Below, piece by piece: positions 1 to 11,085 of a DNA stretch of 64,000 nucleotides (position 1 is the stretch's first letter; the number at the start of each line of letters is the position of its first letter). The DNA lies in the NCBI GenBank assembly GCA_002426495.1, contig DIQC01000089.1, positions 28,728 through 92,727 of the forward strand, written 5' to 3'. The stretch is from Thermacetogenium sp. UBA5472. GTDB taxonomy: Bacteria > Bacillota > DSM-12270 > Thermacetogeniales > Thermacetogeniaceae. The notes under the pieces were generated by a model. It did no database searches. It had not been told where the DNA came from and saw only the letters and a list, made by a program, of their open reading frames with translations. A program made the position numbers and the translations under genes.

Positions 1-467
<467 letters not shown>

Positions 468-495
468 TCATATTATTATCATTTATCTATAACTA

Positions 496-2025
496 TCAAA
501 TCAATGACCTTCCTGTCATCTCCGCTGGCTGCGGTATTCCCAGGATCTTAAGCATGGTCGGTGCGATATCCTCCAGGGCACCACCTTCTTTGAGACTGGC
601 TCCTCTATATTTTTCTCCAACCAAGATCAAAGGTACAGAATTTATTGTATGAGCGGTATGGGGCCCATCACTGTCTTCCAGCATCATCTCGGCGTTCCCA
701 TGGTCAGCAGTGACAATGACGGTGCCCTTTCGCTCCAAGACAGCATCCACCACCTGTTGTAAGTACCCATCAACAGCTGAAACTGCCGCCTTTGCTGCTT
801 CCAGCACACCTGTATGCCCTACCATATCCGGGTTGGCATAATTTAAAATAATAACATCATAGATATCTCTGCGCAGCTCAGAAATCACTCGCTCTGTAAC
901 TTCCGGAGCACTCATCTCAGGCTTTAAATCATAGGTTGCGATTTTGGGTGATGGAATCAAAACCCTATCCTCATTGGGATTTGGCTCCTCTACACCACCA
1001 TTGAAAAAAAAGGTCACATGAGCATACTTTTCCGTCTCGGCAATACGCAGCTGTTTCAAGCCATGCTCTGCCAGAACCTGACCCAGTGTGTTACTGAGCT
1101 CCTGTGGAGGAAAAGCGACATGAGCAGGTATTGTAGCATCATACTGGGTCATACAGGTGAAGTGAACACCAGGGTATTCCCTTCTGGTGAACCCCTCAAA
1201 ATCCCTATCGACAAAGGCACGGGTGATCTCTCTGGCCCTATCTGCCCTGAAGTTATAAAAGATCACTGAGTCTCCCAGCCGAACCATTCCTTTGGGCTTA
1301 CCCTGCTCATCGACAACAACTTTGGGCAATACAAATTCATCAGTGATCTGATCTGCATAGGATCTTTTTACAGCCTCTGCAGGCAGCAAAACCTTTTCGC
1401 CCTCTCCATAACAGATAGCTTGAAAAGCCTTTTCTACCCGCTCCCATCTCTTGTCCCTGTCCATGGCGTAGTATCTCCCGCTTATAGTAGCTATCTCCCC
1501 GATGCCTACTTCCTTGCATTTCTGTTCCAACTCTTTTATATATCCCACACCACTGGTAGGGACTACATCCCTTCCATCCAAAAAAACATGGATATATACC
1601 TGGGATAGATCATAGTGACAGGCCATCTCTAACAGGGCATAGAGATGTGTCAGGTGGCTGTGCACTCCCCCGTCGGAGAGCAGACCCATCAGATGCAGAG
1701 ACGTCCCCTTCTCTTTTGCCTCCTGCATGGCATCGAGGAAAACCTGATTTTTCGCGAAATCACCACTATATATCGACTTAATGATCCTGGTGATATCCTG
1801 ATAAACCACCCTGCCGGATCCGATGTTCAGGTGTCCTACTTCGGAGTTGCCCATCTGCCCTTCTGGAAGTCCTACCCTTTCTCCTGATGCATCAAGAACT
1901 GTAGCCGGGTATTTTTGCTGCAGTTGATTGTAGTTGGGTGTATCAGCGAGACAAATGGCATTTCCTCGCTGAACAGGGCAAAGCCCCCACCCATCGAGAA
2001 TAAGCAGCATTAAAGGGCTTTTCAA
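496..2025 (-). CDS. gpmI: 2,3-bisphosphoglycerate-independent phosphoglycerate mutase
   Basis: LILDGWG, QMGNSEVGH, GRYYAMDRD, AETEKYAHVT, DMVGHTG, TADHGNAE motifs; glycolytic operon context. Confidence 0.98.
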   Translation of the reverse strand: MKSPLMLLILDGWGLCPVQRGNAICLADTPNYNQLQQKYPATVLDASGERVGLPEGQMGNSEVGHLNIGSGRVVYQDITRIIKSIYSGDFAKNQVFLDAMQEAKEKGTSLHLMGLLSDGGVHSHLTHLYALLEMACHYDLSQVYIHVFLDGRDVVPTSGVGYIKELEQKCKEVGIGEIATISGRYYAMDRDKRWERVEKAFQAICYGEGEKVLLPAEAVKRSYADQITDEFVLPKVVVDEQGKPKGMVRLGDSVIFYNFRADRAREITRAFVDRDFEGFTRREYPGVHFTCMTQYDATIPAHVAFPPQELSNTLGQVLAEHGLKQLRIAETEKYAHVTFFFNGGVEEPNPNEDRVLIPSPKIATYDLKPEMSAPEVTERVISELRRDIYDVIILNYANPDMVGHTGVLEAAKAAVSAVDGYLQQVVDAVLERKGTVIVTADHGNAEMMLEDSDGPHTAHTINSVPLILVGEKYRGASLKEGGALEDIAPTMLKILGIPQPAEMTGRSLI

Positions 2026-2816
2026 TCATCTTTCCTCCTTAGATCTGCCGTAGACTGGATGATCGCAGTGAATTTATCAATATCCAGGCTTGCACCGCCT
2101 ACCAGTACCCCGTCAATATCCTCTTCTTTCATAAACGAAGTTACACTCTGCGGGGACACACTGCCACCGTAGAGAAAGCGCAGCCCGCCGGCCATCTCTT
2201 CGCCGTACATCTGGGCAATTTCTTGACGCAGAGCACTGATCACTTCCACAGCATCCTCCGGTGTTGCGGTTTTTCCGGTACCGATAGCCCAGATCGGTTC
2301 ATACGCCACTACCAGAGCATCAGGTTGCGCAATTTTTATGCCATCCAGGCCTGCCTTCAACTGTTTCCGACAGTATTCCACAGCCCGGCCTGTTTCCCTG
2401 GTGGCCAGACTCTCCCCCAAGCAAAAGATAGGACGCAGACCACAGGCGAAAGAAGCAGCCAGCTTTCTTCTGATCATATCATCAGTTTCACCAAAGTTGC
2501 TGCGGCGCTCCGAGTGGCCTATGATCACATAGTGACAGCCCATTGCTTGGAGCATAGGTCCGGAGACCTCTCCTGTAAATGCACCTTCTGCCTCCCAATG
2601 CATATTCTGGGCACCCCAGCCGATCTTGCTTCCCGCTAATTTGTTGGCTACTGCAGCTAAGGCCGGAAAGGGCGGACAAACAATTACCTCAACACTGCCA
2701 TTTAATTGCTGTTGATTAACATTTTCCAGCAGTAATTTTGTAAAGTTACCAGCCTCAGCAGGTGTTTTATGCATCTTCCAGTTACCAGCCACCAAAGGAG
2801 TTCTTTTATTTCCCAC
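2022..2816 (-). CDS. tpiA: Triosephosphate isomerase
   Basis: AGNWKMH, GAFTGEVS, IGHSERR, AYEPIWAIGTG, LYGGSV, LVGGASL. Confidence 0.98.
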   Translation of the reverse strand: MGNKRTPLVAGNWKMHKTPAEAGNFTKLLLENVNQQQLNGSVEVIVCPPFPALAAVANKLAGSKIGWGAQNMHWEAEGAFTGEVSGPMLQAMGCHYVIIGHSERRSNFGETDDMIRRKLAASFACGLRPIFCLGESLATRETGRAVEYCRKQLKAGLDGIKIAQPDALVVAYEPIWAIGTGKTATPEDAVEVISALRQEIAQMYGEEMAGGLRFLYGGSVSPQSVTSFMKEEDIDGVLVGGASLDIDKFTAIIQSTADLRRKDD

Positions 2817-2843
2817 TATACAGGTTCTCCTCTCTGATATAAT

Positions 2844-4025
2844 TTATTTCTTCATCAGCACGGCCACCCCAGGAAGCTCCTTGCCCTCTAAAAATTCCAA
2901 AGAGGCGCCGCCCCCAGTGGATGCATGGGTGATCTGATCCGCTAGACCATATTTCTTCAGCACTGCCAGAGAATCGCCGCCCCCTACTACAGATACCACT
3001 CCCGGGTCAGACAAAGCTCTGGCTACCATCTCACTTCCATGGGCAAACTGTTCTTTCTCAAAAACACCCATCGGACCATTCCAGAAAGCTGTTTTGGCCT
3101 TCTTTATTAATTGTGAATAGTTATCAGCAGTGCGTGGTCCAATGTCCAGGGCAGACCAGCCTCTAGGGACATTTGCGGATTCCTCAACCTTGACCTGTTC
3201 ATTATTTCCGGTCAAGGTAATGACCAAATCCTGGGGAAGTTCAACCCGCACACCCCGCTCCTTAGCCATAATCAAAAACTTTTTGGCAAATTCCAGATGA
3301 TCTTCGTCAACCAGTGAATCCCCTAATTCTAACCCTTTAGCTTTTAGAAAAGTATTGGACATACCCCCACCGAGAAGAATGGCATCAACCTTATTTAACA
3401 GGTTATTGAGAACCCCAATTTTATCAGCGACCTTGGCACCCCCCAGCACTGCCGCAAAGGGATGATCAGGTTCAAATAAAATACTCCTCAAAGACTTGAT
3501 CTCTTTTTCCATCAATAACCCAGCATATGCGGGAAGATAATCTGCCACACCCACAGTAGAAGCATGGGCGCGGTGGGCTGTCCCGAAGGCATCGTTGATA
3601 TAAACTTCAGCAAGAGAAGCTAGGCCTTTGGCAAAGCCAGGATCATTTTTTTCTTCCTCTAGGTGAAAGCGCAGATTTTCCAGGAGAAGAACATCTCCTT
3701 CTTTTAAGCCCTCTGCGGCTCTGGAAACTTCAGGGCCAATGCAGTCATCGGCCTTTTTTACTTCTTTACCCAGTAGTTCTCCCAGGCGCCTGGCCACATC
3801 ATCGAGGCGCAGTTTCTCTACAACCTTACCCTTTGGCCTCCCTAAATGGCTCATCAGAATAACTCTGGCATCTCCCTCAAGAAGGTGTTTAATTGTAGGC
3901 AGTGTAGCTTTGATCCTGCTGTCATCTGCCACTTTTCCTTCGTCATCTAAAGGGACATTGAAGTCAACCCGCACCAGCGTTTTTTTGCCCTTTACATCCA
4001 GGGAACCGATGGTCTTCAGCTCCAA
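2844..4025 (-). CDS. pgk: Phosphoglycerate kinase
   Basis: [63 protein letters not shown]. Confidence 0.98.
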   Translation of the reverse strand: MELKTIGSLDVKGKKTLVRVDFNVPLDDEGKVADDSRIKATLPTIKHLLEGDARVILMSHLGRPKGKVVEKLRLDDVARRLGELLGKEVKKADDCIGPEVSRAAEGLKEGDVLLLENLRFHLEEEKNDPGFAKGLASLAEVYINDAFGTAHRAHASTVGVADYLPAYAGLLMEKEIKSLRSILFEPDHPFAAVLGGAKVADKIGVLNNLLNKVDAILLGGGMSNTFLKAKGLELGDSLVDEDHLEFAKKFLIMAKERGVRVELPQDLVITLTGNNEQVKVEESANVPRGWSALDIGPRTADNYSQLIKKAKTAFWNGPMGVFEKEQFAHGSEMVARALSDPGVVSVVGGGDSLAVLKKYGLADQITHASTGGGASLEFLEGKELPGVAVLMKK

Positions 4026-4045
4026 TTGACTACTCCACCTTTCCT

Positions 4046-5122
<1,077 letters not shown>

Positions 5123-5243
5123 TTATAGTATGTAAATTATCTCTGTATTATATAGGTCATTTTTTTAAGGGATCACGTTTTCCCTGGACCCTGTAACAGA
5201 TATAATCAAGATAACCCATATAATACATAACATATCCCTTAAA

Positions 5244-5271
5244 ATTATATACTATTTGATTGGCAATGCAA
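5244..5271 (-). promoter_or_regulatory. SigA-type promoter for the gap operon
   Basis: Minus strand TTGCAT-N16-TATAAT, about 190 nt upstream of the gap start. Confidence 0.6.
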
Positions 5272-5282
5272 CCCAGATCAAT

Positions 5283-5306
5283 AAAAAAAGGCGCAATATT
5301 GCGCCT
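5283..5306 (-). terminator. Intrinsic terminator of rpoN
   Basis: AGGCGC-AATATT-GCGCCT hairpin followed by a T-run on the minus strand. Confidence 0.8.
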
Positions 5307-5344
5307 GAGTTTATAAATACAATCTATTATAATAATTTATCAGT

Positions 5345-6763
5345 TCAGCGATAACGCTTCCGCTGCCGCATACTGGGAACCCTAATCTCCTTCCTGTATT
5401 TCGCTACTGTCCTCCTGGCAATGTTGATACCCTTTTTCTGTAGCAGATCACAAAGCTGCTGGTCACTATAGGGATTATAGGGATCCTCAGTTGTGATTAT
5501 CTCTTTCATACCATGTTTAACACTCTCTGCGGCTACCATCCCTCCTGCAGCAGCACTTTCCACACCGCTGGTAAAAAAGAATTTAATTTCAAAAAGGCCC
5601 TGGGGTGTTTGAACATATTTGTTGGAGGTAGCACGGCTCACAGTAGACTCATGCAGATCAGCCATATCAGCAATCTGCTTGAGATTAAGAGGCTTCAGAT
5701 ACTTGATTCCCTTGTCCAAAAATTCCCACTGATAATCTATAATACACTGTACAACCTTGTAAAGGGTGAGCCTTCTCTGTTCAATGCTGCGGATCAGCCA
5801 GAGAGCAGCTTTCATTTTGCTCTGGATGAATTCAACTGTTCCTTTATCACAGTCGGTCTTTTGTTTAACCATACGCTGGTAATTGTGGTTGATCATCAAG
5901 CGTGGCACAGCAATATCGTCGACAATAATTACATACTCGCCATTTACTTTTTCAACCACTACGTCAGGGACAATATAGCGGTTTTCCCCGGGGAGATAAA
6001 AATTGCATCCGGGTATTGGATCTAGCAACTTGATCAGATCTGCCTCCTTCTGCACCTCTTGCACTGTAATCCCTGTGGATGCAGCAATTTTAGACAAGTT
6101 GCCATTGGCGATGTCATCCAGGAAAACGCTTATAATCTTCTCTAATACAGGGGTGCGTTGACCATGCTGGTCCAGCTGAATCAGTAGGCACTCCTGCAGA
6201 TCCCGTGCCCCCACCCCCGCAGGATCAAATGATTGAATAACCCTTAAAACTCTTTCGATATCCTGCATCTGGAAACCTGATACCTTGTGCGCTTCTTCCA
6301 GACCAATGTTCAAGTAACCGCGGTCATTTATGTTTCCGATGAGAAATTCTCCGATCTCCATATCTTCAGGATCGGAGAGAGCAAGGCACAGTTGGAGATA
6401 TAGGTGGTCCTGCAAGCTGGGGATTTGAGCAACATAATGCTCTAAGCTATAGTACTCTTTCTCTTCATATCCTGCGGCCTTCTCAAAAGTGCGCTCAATC
6501 TGACCGCATTCAGCAAGATAATCACACCATTCCTCATTAAAATCATCTTCATCTTTACCTTCATCTTTACCTTCATCTTTTGAGGGCTTTTCCTCATGAT
6601 CTTCTTCTGTAATCTCAAGCAGAGGATTTTCCAGCATGGCATTTTCTACATATAGCTCCAAATCTGTCGCTGACAGCTGCAACACCATAATCGCCTGGCG
6701 CAATTCTGGAGTCATAGCCAATTTTTGTGTCTGTTCCAATTTCATTTTATAACCTAAGTTCAT
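5345..6763 (-). CDS. rpoN: RNA polymerase sigma-54 factor
   Basis: N-terminal QxQxLxMTPELRQAIxxLQL activator-interacting region, HESTVSRA helix-turn-helix, RpoN box ARRTVAKYR. Confidence 0.98.
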   Translation of the reverse strand: MNLGYKMKLEQTQKLAMTPELRQAIMVLQLSATDLELYVENAMLENPLLEITEEDHEEKPSKDEGKDEGKDEDDFNEEWCDYLAECGQIERTFEKAAGYEEKEYYSLEHYVAQIPSLQDHLYLQLCLALSDPEDMEIGEFLIGNINDRGYLNIGLEEAHKVSGFQMQDIERVLRVIQSFDPAGVGARDLQECLLIQLDQHGQRTPVLEKIISVFLDDIANGNLSKIAASTGITVQEVQKEADLIKLLDPIPGCNFYLPGENRYIVPDVVVEKVNGEYVIIVDDIAVPRLMINHNYQRMVKQKTDCDKGTVEFIQSKMKAALWLIRSIEQRRLTLYKVVQCIIDYQWEFLDKGIKYLKPLNLKQIADMADLHESTVSRATSNKYVQTPQGLFEIKFFFTSGVESAAAGGMVAAESVKHGMKEIITTEDPYNPYSDQQLCDLLQKKGINIARRTVAKYRKEIRVPSMRQRKRYR

Positions 6764-6791
6764 CAGTCATCACCCCCCTGTTCACAGATAG

Positions 6792-6820
6792 AATTCTCGA
6801 TTTCCAGTAAGAATTCCTGC
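6792..6820 (-). promoter_or_regulatory. SigH-type promoter upstream of rpoN
   Basis: Minus strand GCAGGAATT-CTTACTGGAAAT-CGAGAATT fits the firmicute SigH consensus RNAGGAWWW-N11/12-RNNGAAT. Confidence 0.6.
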
Positions 6821-6885
6821 TTTTATTAATTTTTCATTAATAATAAGGTATGCAAGGGGAAGCAAAGGAGGCAAAATAGAAGACC

Positions 6886-7824
6886 TTAATTCTTATGTTC
6901 ATTGCGCAGTCGACTGGCAATTTTGGATATTTCCCGGAAGCGATGGTTGACACCTGATTTACTGAGGGGTGGAGAGAGGAGTTTTCCAAGTTCCGTCAGG
7001 CTAGCACCCGGGTGTTGTAGGCGAAGCAGCGCCACTTCCCACAGTGGAGGGCGCAGGGTATCCAGACCTGCCAGTGATTCGATCTCTTTGATTTCTGCAA
7101 CCTGTTTCAAGCCAGCCTCCACAGATTTATTCAGATTGGCGGTCTCACAATTGACCAGCCTATTGACCTGGTTGCGCATATCTTTAACTATACGACAGTT
7201 TTCAAACTGAAGAACCCCTTGATGAGCCTCTATAATCCGCAGGCACTCTGATACCTGATCAGCCTCTTTGAGATAAACACCATAACCGCCGCGACGCTCT
7301 CTGCATAGTGGTGATAAACCAAAGTAAGTAAGCGTTTCCACCGCTTCTCCGGAACCTGCATGGGTTTTGAAGAAAAACTCCAGGTGATAAGAATATGAAG
7401 GCGCTGCTATGAAACCACATCCCAGAAAACAACCTCTCAGGAAAGCCTTCTTACAGCAATCCTTTTCCGAAATAGATGGTTCAAGGGAATCCCGAAACCT
7501 CAGATTGCTGTCCATAAACCCAAGCTCCCTGAGCAAATTACGATCCTGCTGTTCTAGACCAACCTGGACGACAAACAAACGCCGATAGCGAGGCCGAAAA
7601 GAGCGGCGCATAGCCACCACCCTACTCCACCCCAGGTTTTTTAACAGCAAAAAAATGCGGCGTGCCACAACTGGAAGCTCTGTTGTCATCACCAGGGCTC
7701 TCCTCTTTCCTAGGCGTACACTTCCTGATGCCCTAGCAAAAGCAGCTAACTCCGCCCGCTGGCAGCGGGTGTGACCGAAATCCAGCCGTCCTACTTCATT
7801 TTTAACATCCATAGAAAAAGACAT
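6886..7824 (-). CDS. whiA: DNA-binding protein WhiA
   Basis: MSFSxxVKNE start, CCKKAFLRGCFL, YHLEF, NRLVNCETANLNK, LSKSGVNHR; follows rapZ-yvcK. Confidence 0.96.
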   Translation of the reverse strand: MSFSMDVKNEVGRLDFGHTRCQRAELAAFARASGSVRLGKRRALVMTTELPVVARRIFLLLKNLGWSRVVAMRRSFRPRYRRLFVVQVGLEQQDRNLLRELGFMDSNLRFRDSLEPSISEKDCCKKAFLRGCFLGCGFIAAPSYSYHLEFFFKTHAGSGEAVETLTYFGLSPLCRERRGGYGVYLKEADQVSECLRIIEAHQGVLQFENCRIVKDMRNQVNRLVNCETANLNKSVEAGLKQVAEIKEIESLAGLDTLRPPLWEVALLRLQHPGASLTELGKLLSPPLSKSGVNHRFREISKIASRLRNEHKN

Positions 7825-7840
7825 CCTGTCATCACCTCAA

Positions 7841-7866
7841 GACACAGGGGACGGTTCTCCTGTGTC
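7841..7866. repeat. REP-like hairpin, conserved-loop family
   Basis: GACACAGG-GGACGGTTCT-CCTGTGTC; near-identical inverted copy at 11057-11083. Confidence 0.8.
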
Positions 7867-7974
7867 AATATCTCCAGATCTCCAGCTTATAAAAAAACGG
7901 TTACCTGCGCCAAGCCAGCCATTTACTTAGAGTACAAGCTTTGCGACCTACTCAAAGTAAAGCTGCTCCATCAT

Positions 7975-8976
7975 TTACATCAGCCGTGAGAAAATAAGGC
8001 GACCCAGTTTCTGGGAGTCATGACGCGCCAATTCATCCTCATTTAAAAAATCCCCTCCCAGAACCCGCACCCCCATCTCCTGAAGAGTACGCCGGTCAAC
8101 AATTACCGGTCTCGCCCCTTCTAGGGCATATTTTTCGCTTTTAACCTTATCAACACTTCTGTTATTGACTAGAATATAATCTACACGTTTCACACCCGTT
8201 TGAGCATAGATAGCATGCAGGTGATCAGAAGCCTTAAAATCGGTGGTTTCCCCTGGCTGGGTCATGATATTGCATATATAACATTTTACAGCATGAGACT
8301 GGTTGACTGCCGTAGATATATCCGGAACCAATAGATTAGGTATGACACTGGTGAAGAGACTACCTGGGCCTAGTAGAATCATGTCCGCCTGTTCGATAGC
8401 CCTGACTGCTTCAGGCACCGCTTTACAGAGTGCCGGTGTTAAAAAGATGTTTTTGATAGGAACATCTACCTTGGCAATCCTGCTCTGTCCAAAAACATGT
8501 GAGCCATCAGTAAGTTCCGCATTCAGTGTTACCTGTTCCATTGTCGAAGGGAGTACCTGTCCGCGCACATTCAAAACTTGGCTCAATTCCTTGATCGCTG
8601 TTTTAAAATCACCTGTCATATCCACAAGAGCAGTGATCAACAGATTGCCCAGGCTGTGCCCTGCTAAGCCATCCCCCTGTCCGAAGCGATATTGGAACAA
8701 TTTTTCCATAAGCATTTCAGTTTCCGCCAAAGCCGCCAAACAGTTGCGAATATCACCAGGAGGCAGAATGCCAAAATCCCCGCGCAGCCTTCCCGAACTA
8801 CCCCCATCATCAGCCGCTGTTACAATAGCCGTAATGTTCGATGTGTATTTTTTCAGGCCACGCAGTAGAACAGGAAGGCCTGTGCCACCACCCACAGCCA
8901 CAATGCGTTGCCCGTGTTTCAAGGATCGCCGACAAAAAAATCTGCCGATAGAGGATACTAAATCTTGATAATTCAT
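7975..8976 (-). CDS. yvcK: YvcK/GlmR-family gluconeogenesis factor (CofD-like)
   Basis: IVAVGGGTGL, ADDGGSSGRLR, PPGDIRNCL, GHSLGNL, LGPGSLFTSVIPNL, NIMTQPGET. Confidence 0.95.
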   Translation of the reverse strand: MNYQDLVSSIGRFFCRRSLKHGQRIVAVGGGTGLPVLLRGLKKYTSNITAIVTAADDGGSSGRLRGDFGILPPGDIRNCLAALAETEMLMEKLFQYRFGQGDGLAGHSLGNLLITALVDMTGDFKTAIKELSQVLNVRGQVLPSTMEQVTLNAELTDGSHVFGQSRIAKVDVPIKNIFLTPALCKAVPEAVRAIEQADMILLGPGSLFTSVIPNLLVPDISTAVNQSHAVKCYICNIMTQPGETTDFKASDHLHAIYAQTGVKRVDYILVNNRSVDKVKSEKYALEGARPVIVDRRTLQEMGVRVLGGDFLNEDELARHDSQKLGRLIFSRLM

Positions 8977-9881
8977 GGCTCCCCCTCTACCTTTGCACGA
9001 TGAAGATCCCTGTGGTGTACCTGTACCTTATAGTCTCCGGATAGTTCAGCCGCCATTCTCTCTGTTAAAGCCACAGATCTGTGTTGTCCTCCGGTACAGC
9101 CGATAGCTACAACCAGGTGTGTTTTCCCTTCCTTGATGTAGTATGGCAGCAAATAATTCAAAAGATCACAGTAGCGGTTCAGAAAATTACCGGTTTCCTC
9201 ATAGGAGAACAGGTACTCATTAACCTGAGAATCAAGGCCTGTTAAGTATTTTAATTCATCGACATAATGAGGGTTGGGAAGAAAGCGCACATCCATGACC
9301 AAGTCGGCATCCAGCGGTATACCATATTTATAGCCAAAAGAAAGGATGGTAATGCTAAAATAATTTCCGTTCTCTCCGTTCTCCCTGTTTTGGTAGATGC
9401 TGATCAGGCTCTTTTTTAGATCATGAACCGTCATGTCTGTGGTATCCATGATGACATTTGCCGATCCTCGCAGTTCCTGAAGACGCTTCCGCTCTGTTCT
9501 GATGGCCTCTAGCACAGATCCATCCTCTTCTAGAGGATGCTGCCGGCGGGACTCTTTGTAGCGTCTGACCAGAACAGCATCAGAGGCCTCCAAAAAGAGA
9601 ATCTCGTACTGGATCCCCTGTTGACGCAATTTGCCCAGTTCTTCACTCAGTCCACCCAAAGAATCAAAGAAAAGGGCGCCACGCACATCCATTACCAGGG
9701 CAACTCGTTTAATCTTGCCATTTGACTGCTGGCAGAGCTCAGTGATCTTAGGAATCAGCGATGGAGGCAGATTATCAACACAGAAAAAGCCCAGATCCTC
9801 CAGACACCTGATGGCCTGAGATTTGCCAGCTCCGGAAAGCCCTGTTACAATGACCAGGCGAATCGGTTGTTTCTCATCCAT
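8973..9881 (-). CDS. rapZ: RNase adapter RapZ / YvcJ P-loop NTPase
   Basis: VTGLSGAGKS, FCVDNLP, SFGYKYG, DVRFLPNP, IGCTGGQHRSV. Confidence 0.97.
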   Translation of the reverse strand: MDEKQPIRLVIVTGLSGAGKSQAIRCLEDLGFFCVDNLPPSLIPKITELCQQSNGKIKRVALVMDVRGALFFDSLGGLSEELGKLRQQGIQYEILFLEASDAVLVRRYKESRRQHPLEEDGSVLEAIRTERKRLQELRGSANVIMDTTDMTVHDLKKSLISIYQNRENGENGNYFSITILSFGYKYGIPLDADLVMDVRFLPNPHYVDELKYLTGLDSQVNEYLFSYEETGNFLNRYCDLLNYLLPYYIKEGKTHLVVAIGCTGGQHRSVALTERMAAELSGDYKVQVHHRDLHRAKVEGEP

Positions 9882-10019
9882 CTTCCTCCCCCTCTCTCCC
9901 TATCATTTGCACCGCAACTTTACTAAATAACTCTCTCCCCTATTATTGCACAACAAACATATATAAGCCTACCTGATCAGTTAAACTCTATTGCATTAGT
10001 CTTGTCCATTGGAATACCT

Positions 10020-10970
10020 CTAGACAGCTAAATGGTCCCAGGCAAGGGCAGCCGCCCCCAGGATTCCGGAATCTGACGATAACCCCGCCGGAACGATCTT
10101 CAAGAATTTACGGTAAGGTGGATAGGTATTTTTATAAGCCTCATCCCGAGCCGGATTAAGAATCAAATGCCCCACCCCATAAGCAACTCCGCCCCCGATG
10201 ATAAACATCTCCGGATTAAGCAGGTTCATAACACTAGCGATAGCAATTCCTAAATTGCGGCCAGCTCTGGATAAAATCGCCTGTGCCTCAGGATCTCCAC
10301 CCAGTGCTGCCTGGCCAACAATCCCTGCATCGACCTTTTCCACACTGCCGGCAAGTGAAAACATGCGGCTCCCCTGCCCGAAATTAACCAACTTCTGGGC
10401 ATCCCTCTTGATGGCAGTACCTGAGGCCAATGCTTCCAAACACCCTCTGTTTTTACAGGAGCATAAAGGGCCATTTCGATCAATGATCATATGGCCGAAC
10501 TCCCCAGCACCCCGAAATGCCCCACGATAAACCTTTCCTCCCAGAATGAGGCCGCCCCCTACCCCGGTACTGACAGTGATATAAAGCAGATCATTACAGC
10601 CCTTCCCCGCACCATAGCGGTGTTCGCCAAGGGCAGCAAGGTTGGCATCATTATCCAACCATACCGGGATTCCCAGATGATCCTCTAATTTCTTTTTTAA
10701 ATCAACATCATGCCACTGTAAATTAGGAGAGAAAACGATTCTATCAGTGCATTGATCAATATAGGCGGGTACCGCTATACCAATCCCTGCCGGTTGTTCA
10801 CCTTCAGGTATCACACTCTTCAGGCTGGTCAGGATCCTGTCCACAACAAGCTCAAAACCACTATCTGGCATTGTAAGGCACGTGTCTTGCTTAATGACCT
10901 CTCCCTTCAGGTTCACCAGCGCTGAACAGATTTTAGTGCCACCCAGATCTACGGCCAGAACACTGCTCAT
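10020..10970 (-). CDS. glcK: ROK-family glucokinase
   Basis: VDLGGTK, DNDANLAALGE, STGVGGG, GEFGH and CxCxNxGCLE motifs; adjacent to pgi. Confidence 0.9.
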   Translation of the reverse strand: MSSVLAVDLGGTKICSALVNLKGEVIKQDTCLTMPDSGFELVVDRILTSLKSVIPEGEQPAGIGIAVPAYIDQCTDRIVFSPNLQWHDVDLKKKLEDHLGIPVWLDNDANLAALGEHRYGAGKGCNDLLYITVSTGVGGGLILGGKVYRGAFRGAGEFGHMIIDRNGPLCSCKNRGCLEALASGTAIKRDAQKLVNFGQGSRMFSLAGSVEKVDAGIVGQAALGGDPEAQAILSRAGRNLGIAIASVMNLLNPEMFIIGGGVAYGVGHLILNPARDEAYKNTYPPYRKFLKIVPAGLSSDSGILGAAALAWDHLAV

Positions 10971-10990
10971 TGAAGCTCTCCCTCCTGTAT

Positions 10991-11014
10991 TAGTGGTTGA
11001 TCGTTAGTCGTTGG
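10991..11014 (+). repeat. Heptamer tandem repeat, family A (TRGTSGT-like)
   Basis: TAGTGGT TGATCGT TAGTCGT TGG. Confidence 0.7.
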
Positions 11015-11054
11015 AAAAAAGATGTTCGATCAAGACATGGATAATATACAAGAC

Positions 11055-11085
11055 TTGACACAGGAGAACCGTCCCCCTGTGTCAA
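11055..11085. repeat. REP-like hairpin overlapping the pgi stop codon
   Basis: TTGACACAGG-AGAACCGTCCC-CCTGTGTCAA, perfect 10-bp stem. Confidence 0.8.

Noticed and set aside
7905-7975. c-di-GMP-I riboswitch resemblance (GTCGCAAAGC...CTAAG...ATGG on the minus strand)
   Set aside because: No GNRA-capped P1 or GGCAAA element upstream; better explained as a single hairpin.
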